DNA of 64,000 nt from Octopus vulgaris (lineage: Eukaryota), in NCBI GenBank assembly GCA_951406725.2, contig OX597818.1, positions 29,450,001 to 29,514,000 of the forward strand, given 5' to 3'. Below the pieces are notes generated by a model. That model did no database searches. It saw only the letters and a list, made by a program, of their open reading frames with translations, and had not been told where the DNA came from. Of this stretch, positions 12,731 through 34,712 are shown piece by piece. The position numbers were made by a program, and so were the translations under genes. The stretch's first letter is position 1. Every line of letters starts with the position of its first letter.

Positions 12731-13168
12731 AAGGCTGTATGGTAAGACGTTTATTTCCCAACCACATGGTTCTGAGTTCAGTCTCACTATGTGGCACCTT
12801 GGGCAAGTGTCTTCTACTATAGCCTTGGACCGATCAAAGCCTTGTGAGAGGATTTTGTTGACGGAAACAGAAAGAAGCCTGTCGCGCGCGCACGCGTATG
12901 TATGTGTGTGTATCCGTCTCTGTGTATGTGTGTGTATTTGTGTTGGGGGGGCGTATGTGGATTTGTGTTTGTCCCCCGCCACAGTTTCACAACCAGTGTT
13001 GGTGTGTTTATGTCCCCGTAACTTAGCCGTTCGGCAAGACAGACCAATAAAATAAGTACCAGGCTTTCAAAAATAGCTACTGGGGTCGATTCGTTCGAGT
13101 AGAATTCTTCAAGGCGATGCCCCAGCATGGTTGCAGTCTGATGACTAAAACTCTTAAAAGATAAAAGA
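12731..13168 (+). mobile_element. tRNA-derived SINE, family A
   Basis: Head GGCTGTATGGTAAG...GAGTTCAGTCTC, CCTTGGGCAAGTG, internal (TG)n and 3' CCAGCATGG..GCAGTC; homologous to 26930-27330. Confidence 0.88.
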
Positions 13169-13339
13169 CAAAAGTTACATGTTTCTACAGAATTAATACC
13201 AATTACAAGATCATAAACGGTGAAGACAGGAAATTCTTTCGTTATACGTCTTTCCAACGTCACTGTAACACTCAGAATATATTTATCAATATATGCCCCA
13301 TACAAAAAATAAACTTTGCAAATACAACTCAAAATATTT

Positions 13340-13643
13340 TAAAATTCTACAATACAACTACAATAAGGGGATTAAAATACCCCTATGAGATTAAAAGACT
13401 TTATCATCACAAACAATGCTGACATAGCAATAATTCAAGAAGCATTCGTAACGCTATGCAGAGAATACCTAGTATTCCAAATTACACTTAGGTCAGACAA
13501 GACAGGCCCTTTCACAACGGCTGACAGTATTTCTATTTAATCTATAGATATCAAAAATGACACTCATAAACTAATGGACGAAGAAAGTAGAAATACAACC
13601 GCGCGAAGTGCACGCACACACACATACATTCATACATATATAA

Positions 13644-13708
<65 letters not shown>

Positions 13709-16620
13709 TACCTTTACATATACCACCTCCAGCTTCAAGAAACATCTTAAGCGTTAACAAACACCATCTTTGCGGAAGACCTCAGTAAACTTGTTATTCA
13801 AATAATCCAGATAGTACAAGGGGTAACATAATCACACAATGGCATCGTTGCTAAACTTCTTTTGAATCCTAAGCAATCCACACATATCTCACCAAGCTAA
13901 CTAAAACAACTTTTCCCAAATAAAGTAAAAAGTATTTTATAAACTTCAAAAAAAGCACAGTGGAACAAGTTACGTCAAGAACAGAATTAAAGTTTTCAAA
14001 AGTCAATAAAACCACAATCATCAAGCTTGACACTGTAGTGTGTATATTCAATCAAATAATTACAGACATTTGAAAAACGTTTCACGAGGTAACATATACA
14101 TACAAACCCATTATACTTCAATTGTAGCCAACCTCTTAAAAACCAAAACCAACTACAAGTATAATACACCAACATCACATTAAACTGAAATAAAATTCGA
14201 CATTAAACAATTAAATGAGCAAAAAACTAAGAAGAAAAAAACCATGGAAAAACATCAAACTAATAAATATATGTGTATTGCATAAACCAAATATACTACA
14301 TAGGTTAGTTAGCCACAGCATCATCTACAACACCATCAACAGCGATCACACCACACTCCCATACCGTAACAATTCCTTCAAAATTTGGGACAAGGCCATC
14401 AAGTTTGAAAGAAGAGCAAATCGATTATATTGACCCTCATACTTGATTTTACGGACACCGAAAGGATCAAAAGCTTAGCTGACATCGGTAGTATTTGAAC
14501 TTAAAACGTAAAGAGCCGGGAGAAATACCGCTAAGCATGCTCTAACGATTCTTTTCTACTCTTGGGACAAAGCCCGAAATTTTGGGGGAGGGATCCAGTC
14601 GATTAGCTCGACCCCAGTACGCAACTGTTACTTAATTTATCGACCCCGAAAAGATGAAAGGCAAAGTCGAACTCAGAACGTAAAGACAGACAAAATACTA
14701 CTATGCATTTCGCCCGGAGTGCTAACGTTTCTACCAGCTCACCATCTTGTCAGCTCGCTTCCTTTCCCAAGGCATAATAATATTTTCTACTATAGACAAA
14801 GGAGGAGGGGGCTGGTCTATTACATCGACTTCAGTGTCCAACTAGTACTTATTTTATCGACCCTGAAAGGATGAAAGGCATGGAACTCGAATTCAAAGCG
14901 TAGAGACAGACGAAATGTTGCTAAGCATTGGGTCCGACACGTTAACAATTCTCCCGGTTTTCCGTCCTTTCAGAGGTCATAATAATCTCAAATTAAATAC
15001 CCACTTCGCAACACCAAGCAAACAAACTTATCCGACAACTTCCGAAAATCAGCCACTAAAAACCACGTAAAATACGGGAACAGAAAACAAAAACATATAT
15101 AAATCCTAATTTTCAATTCTCTCCATTAGATTAGCAAAAAATCAATAGGGAAATTTGAGAACTCAAAAGTTTCAGGGTCAAGCAACATCAGAACCGTACA
15201 TATAAATCCCTTAAGGCCTAAAGAAATCATTACGCACATAAACATCTCTAACTTTCAACTTTCCAGAATATGAAAGTTGTGCAAAATGATACCGATGCAT
15301 TACCCTACTATGTTTACCCTCAAAAACCCAATTCTTAATGTCACTAACCAACATATCTCCCTCTCTTAACCAAAACACGAATTCAAGTTACGACGCTCAA
15401 CTACCATACTTCTTTAAAAACCTACCAGAAAATGCGTGATAGCTCCAACAACAAAAACCTCTCTAAGGTACTGTTTAAACTGTCATTGAATCTTCGAAAC
15501 TTTCGACTTTTTTTCTTCTTTTTTTTTTTTTTTGCATTATCCACTTACACAAAATATACTCATGTTACATTAAGAAACAACACAAAACATTGGCTAGTAA
15601 CTACTTGTCATGCTGCTAACTCTAAGTAAAGTACAAGAACAAAACTCCCGGAACTTGAAAACTCCCAATCGGAGTACCACAATGTTCAGTTATCTTACCC
15701 AGTTTTTCCAGCCAATATCTATAGGACCTTCCTATACCTCCAAAAAACACGCAAACAACTGTTTATGCACGTTACATCGCACTCACATCCGTTGCACAAA
15801 TACTTCAACTCTACATAAATAACCTACAGACCTGGTGCCCTTACAGTAGACTTAAAGCAACACCTACTAAATTCAGTCTTCCTTCTCGCCAGCACCAGAG
15901 AAAAAGAAATACAATCAACCATCACACTTAATAATGTAACCATATCCCATACGTATACACACAGAAATCAAAAATATTATGAGTTAAATCTATCCCACAA
16001 CATTCACAACATGCATAGAAGACATGAAGAAGAAAAGGGAACGATGTTCAAATATTCTTAAAGCAACCGCATGTTTCTCATTTATCCAACAGAAACAAAC
16101 AGCAACATTAGATTAATATTGGATAATACCAGTCCTAAGTAGAGACCCTATTCTCTCTTCAACAACTAACAATAAATTACAGAGTAAAACAACGCATTAT
16201 GCATCTGAAAAAGTTGTGCACAAATGACAACCATCTACATAATGAAACAAAACTCCTAAAAATTAAAAAAAACTGCATGAACATGTAAAGGTTAGTTACT
16301 GCATCAAGCTTCAACACTTGTAACCCCTGTCACTACATTAATAAAACCTCTCCAAACAACCAGCCATTTATCCAATACTCCAGAACACTATTACATCTTA
16401 AAAATATAATTTCTTTCGTGCAACCAAAGGAAACATAGAAAATACATAAACGTAGAAATAGTAATACTATTAGCCGCAAACGTTATGCTGGGATGCACAC
16501 AACCAACGATCAGGGAAGCGAAACAGCAATTATTGCGCTTTAGCCGAACCCATACTGCCTACCTCACGATAACTGCTGCCAGAGTCCACGGGCGCTCAGA
16601 AAAAGACCGGACAGAAAGCT
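13340..16620 (+). mobile_element. Highly decayed APE-RT LINE (I/Jockey-like), with nested SINEs and microsatellite
   Basis: KILQYN and LKDFIITNNADIAIIQE (APE N-terminus); later KVSG, HEFKLRRSTT (QxGFR..RST), GVPQCSVILP (GVPQGS) and ILDNTSP (LEYASP) remnants in LINE order. Confidence 0.65.
14432..14970 (-). mobile_element. Three tandem copies of tRNA-derived SINE family C (Meta-like central domain)
   Basis: Repeated ATCGACCC.GAAA.GATGAAAGGC...GAACTC...CGTA...GAAAT.C..CTA.GCAT...CTAACG units at ~14432-14550, 14551-14748 and 14784-14970. Confidence 0.82.
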
Positions 16621-17149
16621 AACATTCAGAATCTAGCACATCTCACATTAGTATATATTTACACCTCTTCTTCATTTTTTCTTTTTTCTTTTTTTTTTTT
16701 TTTTTTTGAGACTTCTGATATAAATTTTTAACAAGCTTACATAGCTTAGGACCTCATCAGGACCTCACCTGATACAGAAAGATTTAAAGGAGCTGCTAAA
16801 AAGAAAAACAGCATGACAAATGCTTTGGATGACTGGTCAGATATAGTTATTGCTGTATAAAAACATGGTACAAACAGGTACAAAGACACATAGTTTGAAC
16901 GAATGAGGAACCCACTACATAGGCTTCCTACCTGCTAAAAATAGTAGCGTATTCAAGTCATGCCCAGACGTCTTGGAAAGAAGACAGCAGAGATAATGTA
17001 GATTAAAATTCACTATGAATTAAAAAGCGGAATTGTCGAGATTGGAATATCTCTGTTCGTAGGTTTATTTAGTCAAGATTGACAGAAACGTAAACAACAA
17101 CGACGACAACAAAATATATTTTGATGACACATCAGTGTAAAGATGCTTC

Positions 17150-17335
17150 TAGGTGATCATTTGGCCTGCCACAAATAGCAGCCAAATCTCCCTCAAATAA
17201 TAGTCTACTGCCTTATCAATGAAGGACGCGTTTAATAATGTAGTTAATAATACACAATGCTTGAAAATACGATGGGATGATTATGGTTGGAATACCATTA
17301 ATTATAGATCGGTTCGATCAGAGCTGAACAACAAA
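17150..17335 (+). mobile_element. SINE-like repeat family E (other copies ~16900-17100 +, 46975-47160 -, 53225-53390 -)
   Basis: Shared AAATAGCAGCCAAA...TCA.AT motif and GATG.T.ATGG.TGGAAT ending in (AAC)n. Confidence 0.6.
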
Positions 17336-17350
17336 TGGACTAAGAATACC

Positions 17351-17381
<31 letters not shown>

Positions 17382-17514
17382 TCTGAAGGAAGAATGTGTA
17401 CCTATTTCCTTTGCAGACATATATTGGTTTCTTTTGATAACACTAGAAAGCCCAACATTCTTAGAGGAGAAGTTCTGAAGTCTGAAATAAGTTCAGGAAA
17501 GTGAGAATGACAAA

Positions 17515-17705
17515 GTAACTGCAACGGTAGAGAGCATGACAAAATGCTCTGAATTATTTAGTTAAGACCCTTTACGTTCTGGGTTCAAATTCTACGGAGA
17601 ACGACATTGCATTTCATATTTCCCGATTCGGTAATATAAGTATCTGTCAATAGTGGTAAAGTTAAATCGATTATACTACTATCCTAAAACTTGAAGTTCT
17701 ATACC
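17515..17705 (+). mobile_element. Decayed SINE family C copy
   Basis: TTTACGTTCTGGGTTCAAAT (B-box), GACATTGCATTTCAT...AAGTA, reverse complement of family C copies. Confidence 0.6.
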
Positions 17706-18015
17706 AAACAAGAAACAAGAAGATCAATGCGAGTTTCTGACGCCTTGCAAAAGGTGATGAACACTGCCTCTTCCCTAAAATTGATTGAGCCAGTTTGCCG
17801 CCTTATATTTAATAAACGAATTAGAGAACCAGACTATGTATGTCTATAGAATTAAAGTTTCAGCCCAGTCTGTTGTGTTTCCAAATTCCGTGAGAATTCA
17901 TTTTAAATTCCATATCATCTCAAAGGTCAATAAAACTAGAATCGATAAGATGTTGGATTCGATTACATCGGTCGTACCCCTCTCAAGCAAGTAATTGCTT
18001 TGTATCTAATTTATC

Positions 18016-18110
<95 letters not shown>

Positions 18111-18315
18111 GGAGCATAAACTTAAAAGTGAAGATATAAACATACCTTTGTTTAACAATCCGAAACTCAGGAAAATTTTTATTCCAACTGATATCTCCAG
18201 CAAATTTTGTTGATGTAAAATGGTATTGACGATTTGACGGCTGTACTGTCGTAGTTGCTCCTACTGATTGATCTGGATAGATAGATAGATAGATAGGTAG
18301 ATAGATAGATAGGTC

Positions 18316-18396
<81 letters not shown>

Positions 18397-18691
18397 GTGG
18401 ATGGATGGATGGATGGATAGATAAGTTGACTGAGTGGTTGATTGACTGATATCAGTGTGTGCATGTGTGTGTGCGTATGTGTGTGTGCGTACGCCCCTGT
18501 GTGCATGCGTGTGTGCGTGCGTGTGTATGTATATGAGAAATTCAAGGTATCATAAGTTTACAGATGACTGAATAGATCCAAAGATATATGAATTTTCGCA
18601 CAACACAGTATGTCACTCTAAATGTACATGTGTTTCTGTTTGCCAGTCAACTTGTTTCTCTCTACGTCTGTGTTTCTGTTATTTACTATTG

Positions 18692-18800
<109 letters not shown>

Positions 18801-19105
18801 CTCACTCCTCTCACACACACATACACGCAGTTTCTCTCTCACATAAACATTCACACACCCACATACACACCATCAGCTCTCTCTCTCTCTCTCTCTCTCT
18901 CTCCAAATATGCCTTGCAGAAGCCGGCTAACCGATTGTGCGATCGATAGTAGGTGTTCATTGTCAATGTATATGTATAAACAAATAGCTATATGTTTGTA
19001 TGTGTGACCTACACGCGTAGATATATATATTTAGTTCACATACACATACATACTAACATGCATAGTAACATATACATATAGAGGTATGAATATTTATATA
19101 TGTAT

Positions 19106-19194
<89 letters not shown>

Positions 19195-19257
19195 CTTATG
19201 CACATACATATATGCATGTATATATACATACATATATATGCGTGTGTGTATGTATGT

Positions 19258-19331
<74 letters not shown>

Positions 19332-19475
19332 TAGCAGTTATTAAAGCGAGTGGATGAGCGTAAAAAGCATCAATGTTTAGGGAATAAAATGGGAATAATA
19401 CTATTAATTGAATTAGAAATAGCTGACGATGAAAGAGGGGTGAAGGGATATGTATTTGCGTGTAAGCTTACATAC

Positions 19476-19560
<85 letters not shown>

Positions 19561-19710
19561 TGTGCATGCGCGCTTTTAAATATGTGTGCGCTGTATGTTA
19601 ATTGTCATGCTATTGTGTTTGGGATAGGTAAAGGGCAGAAAAAAAAAATCAACAAAGAGAGAAACAATACTTTTTTTCTTTTTTTATGGTTTCTTGCTTG
19701 CCCAGTCTTC

Positions 19711-19792
19711 GAGTGAATTGCGGTTCGCAAATTCTGCTTGCTTTTATACGGAGTGGTTGGTTCATATTTCAAGTGCAGAGGCCAGCAATTGG
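19711..19792 (-). promoter_or_regulatory. Candidate RNA pol II core promoter (CCAAT, TATA, Inr-like)
   Basis: Minus strand CCAAT at 19792-19788, TATAAAAG at 19748-19741, pyrimidine-A start candidates (GCAATT/TCACTC) at 19719-19714; sits in a non-repeat island between microsatellites. Confidence 0.35.
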
Positions 19793-20001
19793 TCAGTGTT
19801 GACGGTTGGAGTAAGAGAGAGAGAAAGAGAGAAGGAGGAGGGAAAATAAGTGAGAGAGGGAGAGAGAGGAGAGGGGAGGGGGAGAGAGAAGGGTTGGTGA
19901 AGGCAACGGTTTCAAACTATTTCTCTTTATTCTTTTCATGCTCTCGCACATTTATACCTGCACCCACACACACTCCTACACACACATTGTCTCCACCTTC
20001 C

Positions 20002-20067
<66 letters not shown>

Positions 20068-20164
20068 TCAACGCGTGTTGAAATGACATAACATACATAT
20101 ACATACATACACATATATGTATATATATGTTGTGTCATTTCAACATATATGTAAACATTATCTG

Positions 20165-20597
20165 TTACTAGTTTCAATCATTAGACTGCGGCCATGCTGG
20201 GGCACGGCCTTGCAGAATTTTAGTCGAACGAATCGAACCCGGTACTTGTTTTTGAGTCTGGTATTTATTTTATCGGTCTCTTTTGCCGAACTGCTAATTT
20301 ACTGGAACATAAACACACCGGCACCGGTTGTGAAGCGGGGAGTGTGTGTGGGGTGGGGAGAAACAACACAGACACAAAGATACACACACATATGTGTGCG
20401 TATATGTGTGTATGTGTGTGTCTGTGTGCGTATGTATGTATGTATGTATATAAGATGGCCACTTTCAGTCTCCGTCTCCCAAATCCACTTACAAGTTTTT
20501 GGTCGGCCTGAGTCTGTAGTAGAAGACATTTGCCCAAGGTAACACGCAGTGGGACTGAGACCGGAACCGTGTGGTTGGGAAGCAAACTCCTTACCGC
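20165..20597 (-). mobile_element. tRNA-derived SINE, family A
   Basis: Reverse complement of the 26930-27330 layout (GACTGCGGCCATGCTGG...TTTTGCCGAAC...GCAGTGGGACTGA). Confidence 0.9.
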
Positions 20598-20644
20598 CCC
20601 CATGCATGCACCTATATATTGTTGTTGTTGTTGGTGGTGGTGGT

Positions 20645-20888
20645 ACTCCGTCGGTTACGACGACGAATGTTCCAGTTGATTAGATAAACGGAACAGCCTG
20701 CTCGTGAAATTAACGTGTAAGTGGCTGAGCACTCCATAGACACGTGTACCCTTAACGTAGTTCTCGGGGAGATTCAGCGTGACACAGAGTGTGACAAGGC
20801 TGGCCCTTTGAAATACGGGTACAGCAGAAACAGAAAGAAAGAGTGAGAGAAAGTTGTGGTGAAAGAGTAAAGCAGGATTCGCCACCAC
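20645..20888 (-). mobile_element. SINE family B (head missing)
   Basis: Near-identical to 48250-48490 (ACTCCGTCGGTTACGACGACG...CCTGCTCGTGAAATTAACGTG...TTCAGCGTGACACAGAG). Confidence 0.9.
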
Positions 20889-20928
<40 letters not shown>

Positions 20929-20934
20929 TAGAGA

Positions 20935-21318
20935 TTTATCTTTTATCTTTTATCTTGTTTCAGTGATTTGACTGCGGCCAAGGTTTTTTAGTCGAACAAA
21001 TTGACCCTGGAACTTATTTTTCATTTTTAAAGGCTAGTATTTATTCTATCGATCCCTTTACTGAATCACTAAGTTACGGGACATGAACACACCAACCGGT
21101 TGTCAAGCGGTGATGAGGGAGGGAAAACACAGCCACAAAGACATGCACACATAAACATACAAATATATACGACAGGCTTCTTTCAGTTTCCGCTTACCAA
21201 ATCCACTCACAAAGGCTTTGGTCAACCCGAGGCTGCTGTAGGAGACACTTCTGCAAGGTGCCACGAGAGTGAGAATGAACCCAGATACATGTGGTTGGGA
21301 AGCAAGCTTCTTATCATA
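20935..21318 (-). mobile_element. tRNA-derived SINE, family A
   Basis: AAATCCACTCACAAAGGCTTTGGTC...GACACTT...AAGGTGCCACG...GTGGTTGGGAAGCAAGCTTCTTA; tail (TTTATC)n. Confidence 0.88.
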
Positions 21319-21575
21319 CGTTTGGACCTGAAGTCCGTAGTCGACTGTGGAATATGTGCAGTGAGTGTACCCTGTGTGACTCTGATGGCATATTGTGTGT
21401 TCAGTGGGTACTTGTGGATGTGTACGTAACTGGAAGGACAAATCCGTATTTACTTTAGTAAGTACGTAATATCAGTATACACCGTCGGCACACAGGTGCG
21501 CTATCCCAGACTCTACCTAGGTGTTTTTACTATTTAACTACCTGATTCTTTTGGATCTTGAAAATCTTATTGTGT

Positions 21576-21641
<66 letters not shown>

Positions 21642-21799
21642 ATATGTGTGTGTATGTGTGTGTGTTTGTGTTAGAAAGATTAGATGATTCTTTCTGTCTT
21701 TGTCAAGGGGAATGCAGGTACATACACAATACATGCACAACACAAATACAGAAGACATGCAGATGAGTAGATAGTTTAAATTTCGAGGTGCAACCCACT

Positions 21800-22090
21800 G
21801 ATCTATCTTCCAAGTCATATCACGGCCCCGCCTAGATGAGGAACAATACTACTGCACACTCCAACAGGTAGTGATGAGTTGCAAGGGTGCAGTACAGCAA
21901 TTGAGATATATGGCACTTTCTCCAATGTCCAGTCAATTTCTGTTTTCCTGGACATTCTGTTGATGGTCACGGTAAAGGGTAGAGAGTTAGTGCGAGGCAG
22001 TTGCTGGTCGTCTGCACTTACTGACGGTCGCGCGTGTCCAAGCATAGCGGCTTCACAAGCTGGTGAGGCTATTGATGTTGCAACTGTTGA
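21800..22090 (-). mobile_element. Probable decayed RTE 3' fragment
   Basis: LGHARP..ADDQQLPR and RMSRK..DW resemble the RTE WxGH..RM.D.RLP..GRP.K.W segment; weak. Confidence 0.35.
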
Positions 22091-22292
22091 CCGGGGGGGG
22101 GGGGGTTGTGTGTGTGTCTGCGCGCGCGTGTATTCATAATTATCTGCGCTGAGAGGAAAAGATGTTTTTAGGATGTTGTTTTACTAGAGCTCTGGATTTT
22201 ATATAAGCAAACACACACGCACACATACACACATACATACACACAGACAGGCAGACAAACCGACAAACAGACAGATAAATTGATAGACAGAC

Positions 22293-26000
<3,708 letters not shown>

Positions 26001-26929
26001 TTGGTTTAGTGCTTATGAAACTGAATTCAAAAACAATATTCTGGCAATCCATTATTGAACAAACCTATAATCTACAAACCCTACTCATAAACGGTAAAGC
26101 AAGTACCAGAAATTCAAACTTATAATCACCAAGATATGGAAATAATAACATTAATTCTAGAGCATTTTGACAATTTAACAACTCTCTAGAAGAATCAAGC
26201 ATCTCTTCTTCAAGGTAAAATATCTTCCATAACCGAAATTCCAACATACACAAAAGAACATAAGTTATAATCCAAAAAGTATTCTCATACAGAACCAGCG
26301 ACAGTCTGAATCATAGAACAACAGAATTACTACGGAAAATTAGGTAAAAGTAAAATTATCAATGATTAAAGTGGCACCAGCAAAATGGCAATCTTAGAAA
26401 ATGATTTTTAGACATAGTCGACAGAATTCACGATACCAGGTAGTACAAAATGTGAAAAGCTGAAGATAATCTATCATACAAAAGCATTCTAACACAGTAA
26501 ATACAAAAGGCCTGAAATTCAGTCCAACCTCACAATACTCAATGTTCAATGAAACATTGAACTATATCCCGTACTTCAGTAAAAAATTACATCTAACAGA
26601 AGAATTATTTAACGGGGGAAACGGTGACGAATTAGTTGTATGAAATAAAATCAGTTGTATCTCAAGAAACAATACAAACAAAGCGTTGAATAAGTTTTGT
26701 GATTTTGTATCCACCTTCCTCTACCACATCTTAATCCAAATCCAAAACCAGTAAAATGGAATGGAAAATTACCCATCAACTCAAAAATATTAATGATATA
26801 CTAGCAGTACCTGTGGAAATTCCAGTGTAAATCAAGGTATGTGAAAACATGATATTATATTAAACATAATCAAGGAATTTGAAAAATTCTTCTGAAATAG
26901 TGCCATTTAATAAAAATTTCTTACCAATA

Positions 26930-27330
26930 CAGGAGTGGCTGTGTGGTAAGTAGCTTGCTAACCAACCACATGGTTCCGGGTTCAGTCCCACTGCGTGGCA
27001 TCTTGGGCAAGTGTCTTCTGCTATAGCCCCGGGCCGACCAATGCCTTGTGAGTGGATTTGGTAGACGGAAACTGAAAGAAGCCTGTCGTATATATGTATA
27101 TATATATATATAAGTGTGTGTGTATATGTTTGTGTGTCTGTGTTTGTCCCTAGCATTGCTTGACAACCGATGCTGGTGTGTTTACGTCCCCGTCACTTAG
27201 CGGTTCGGCAAAAGAGACCGATAGAATAAGTACTGGGCTTACAAAGAATAAGTCCCGGGGTCGATTTGCTCGACTAAAGGCGGTGCTCCAGCATGGCCGC
27301 AGTCAAATGACTGAAACAAGTAAAAAAAAG
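26930..27330 (+). mobile_element. tRNA-derived SINE, family A (best-preserved copy)
   Basis: A-box TGGCTGTGTGG, B-box GGTTCAGTCCC, TTGGGCAAGTG core, internal (TA)/(TG) tract, 3' TGACTGAAACAAGTAAAA. Confidence 0.92.
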
Positions 27331-27454
27331 AGAATACAGTTGAAATGAACTTGAAAAGTATTGCTTATTTTCCTTCTTTTAATATGTTTGACAGCTATGC
27401 TGTGCTTTGTAGTTTAAGGAAATAAAAAGGGAATTAAAATGATAAAAATGTATT

Positions 27455-27505
<51 letters not shown>

Positions 27506-27940
27506 TGCACTTTCGCTGTTCAACCGCCACCAATGAGATTATTTTCATTTCATTTCATTTCAGTTCGGCTACATATCTACTTGTATATCTATTAATATAT
27601 ATCTCTGTTTGCTGATATATCTGTAGACACACCAACGTATCTAACTTTCCTTATGTATCTGTCTACTCTCAAAATACCTATAAGTATTTAAAGCAAATAA
27701 CAAAAAAAAGAAGAATGCATGAAGGCGATGCCCCATCATGGATACAACCTTAGTGCTGGAACATGTAAAAGATAAAAGTGTAACATTCACAGATAGTTTC
27801 TAACTAAGGTTATTGCACTATAATTGATAAATCTTCCTAATATTGTTTCACTATGTTAAAAATTTAGACTGTGCCTGCAATTTGAACACAAATACAGAAT
27901 AATAGAAACGTTCTTCTCTCTCTCTCTCTCTCTACACACA

Positions 27941-27989
<49 letters not shown>

Positions 27990-28048
27990 TATATATATAT
28001 ATATATATACATATGTATGTATGTATATATATGTATATGTATATATGC

Positions 28049-28111
<63 letters not shown>

Positions 28112-28149
28112 CCTCGTTCGAGTTATTACTTCTCTTGGCATAAGCGTAA

Positions 28150-28860
28150 CACACGGAAAAACAGACAGTAACAGAGAATTATATTATGAATTTAAAGAAG
28201 CAGATAAGAGAAGTACTGTAGTTATTGTGGATGTTGAAAATTACAAAACACCACCTATTAAAAACGATGAAGAAACCTACCCTCATTCATGCACAATGAA
28301 AATGTTTAACAAACAGGAAATAATTTTTACTACCTAATGAACTTTAAATGCAATGTCAAAAGACTCACCGATATCCACAAGAGCAAAATGAAATATGATG
28401 TCTGTAAATAATCAACTTCAGTATGTAAAAACATACTAGACGCAAATGATCTTTAAAAGTAATGATTAATTGTAAGGAGCCTACAGTGAAACACAGTAAC
28501 TTTGTAGGCATACTGCTGAAACCTAATCTAAAATTTATAGCAAGACTTGTAAGAGATTACTCAGGCCTGTTAAATCACCTCCCGATAAAATTTAACACTT
28601 AACACACTAGCATTACATTATTTGTTGTTGTAAACCGCTATACTACGATCCTACATGGATATGGATAAAATGCAACATAATTATGGTTCAAAATATTCCC
28701 TTGTGAAATTTTGAACCGAATAGGAAAAATTCATTTCTAAAAACAAAATTCTTCTTAATTTTTTTCCTTGATGACAGATTTTACAAACTGATGTCTAGGA
28801 CCACCTATATATCCTTCCTGATAAAAGAAGGCGACTGTGCGATCTTCACAATGGACTCGA
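28150..28860 (+). mobile_element. Decayed Penelope-like RT fragment
   Basis: FKEADKRSTVVIVD (Penelope KxADKG motif), FVGILLKP, and an F.VVN.YT.I..GYG remnant, paralleling the 31500-33650 element. Confidence 0.6.
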
Positions 28861-28879
28861 TCGTATAATGATAATTGTT

Positions 28880-29050
28880 TATAACATAGGTACAAAACCT
28901 GAAACTTGCGAAAGGATGTTAGTCGATATCATCGACTTCAGTAGGATGAAAGACAAAGCTAATATTGATATAATTTGAATTCGGTACGTATGAAGCTGAG
29001 ATAAACATTGCCAGGTATATTATCCGACGATCTAATGATTCAGTAAATCC
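28880..29050 (-). mobile_element. Decayed SINE family C copy
   Basis: AGTCGATATCATCGAC...GGATGAAAGACAAAG...TTTGAATTC...TCTAATGATTC. Confidence 0.6.
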
Positions 29051-29989
29051 ACTACCCCTACAATAATAATAATAATAATGGCTTTTGATCTTAACTGATT
29101 GGAAGTGTTAAGTACATTGTTTTGCCTTGGTGTCAAAGACGCGCTACAGCAAATATTCTGCTCAATACTACAGATTTGCTCAATACTACAGATCATGAGC
29201 AGAAGTAGTGGGGGAGCATCATAGCCATGTGTTAAGAGGAATTCTTTGGAATTTGAATAATTTACCTCTGGAAACTTGGGTGTTTCGCACATCATCGTTA
29301 AACCTTATTCAGGGACCTTTTGCGTTGGATGGGCAACTCAACCTGAAGAAAATTCTAACTGGACACCACCTGCAAGGTCATGTGCTGTTTATCTTAGTAA
29401 AAGAGAATATAGTGTCCCACACACCAGTCAAGGATTCCTTCAATTATTCCTTTTGGGAGATATCTCCTTTAACGTGCAAATGTGCAAACTTCTCATTGTG
29501 CAAACTTCTAGAATCATATAAATCAGTTGCTTCCCAAAATGGATTTGATGAAAATATTCTTGGGTTTTATGAAATGAGGTATCTTAATACAATTCAATAA
29601 AATTTTATTTTATAAAAAAAACGGTATTCACTATTTCCAAAATAATTGTAAGTTATTATTTTTTATTTCGCACATGAATTAATTCTTTCCCTTAAGCAAT
29701 TTTGGTCTCATTATCATAATTAGGGTAGTGAGAGTTGTCCATAAAATACAGATGGGTTCCACAATTTTTGAGTAATCGTATAAGTTCCAAAATAAATTTG
29801 AAAAAATTGTCAAAATCGGTTATTGAGAAAGGAATTATTTATTCTAACGTTACAAAAAATAGGAACTATGATACCTTTGCTTCCCAACAACACGGTCCCC
29901 AGTTCACTCGCATAGCGTAGCACTTTGGGCAAATCTCTTCTACTATAGACCTAGGCCGATCAAAGCCTCGTATATATATATAGATGATG

Positions 29990-30120
29990 TAGTCGGTGGT
30001 TATGGCCGGTCAGAAAGTTACCATTGGTTTCACGTTTATTATTTCTCTTAGCAATAGAGGCGGTGCAATAAAAGACGTAAAAACAATGGTAACTTTCTGA
30101 CCAGCCATAACCAACGATCA
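29990..30120. repeat. Short foldback/MITE-like element with ~40-bp arms
   Basis: GGTTATGGCCGGTCAGAAAGTTACCATTG.TTT.ACGT versus ACGT.AAA.CAATGGTAACTTTCTGACCAGCCATAACC. Confidence 0.8.
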
Positions 30121-30267
30121 TATAGAATATTACTGCTCAAAAAGAATACTTTTAGAATGTGCTTGTTTTCGTATTAATAGACAACTGAACGATTACACAC
30201 ACACACACACACACACACTCACTCACACACACACACGCACACACACGCACACACACACACTCACTCA

Positions 30268-34300
<4,033 letters not shown>

Positions 34301-34527
34301 AGAGGATTTGATATTCTTGATGTAGTAATATATATATATATATATATTATCCGAAATGTATAGTATTAAATATCTACCACAGCTGATCTTACCCATCAGT
34401 TTCGCGCAGCCGTGAAGGATATTTGATACATATACAGTTCGGATAACATTCCCACTCTACTGACAGATATACGAGTGTATTTTTTCCCTGAGTTATGGTC
34501 TCTTAGACAACTCACGTACGTGTGTAC

Positions 34528-34568
<41 letters not shown>

Positions 34569-34581
34569 TGTGTGTGCGCGC

Positions 34582-34615
<34 letters not shown>

Positions 34616-34640
34616 GCGTGCGTGTATGTATGTATGTATG

Positions 34641-34707
<67 letters not shown>

Positions 34708-34712
<5 letters not shown>

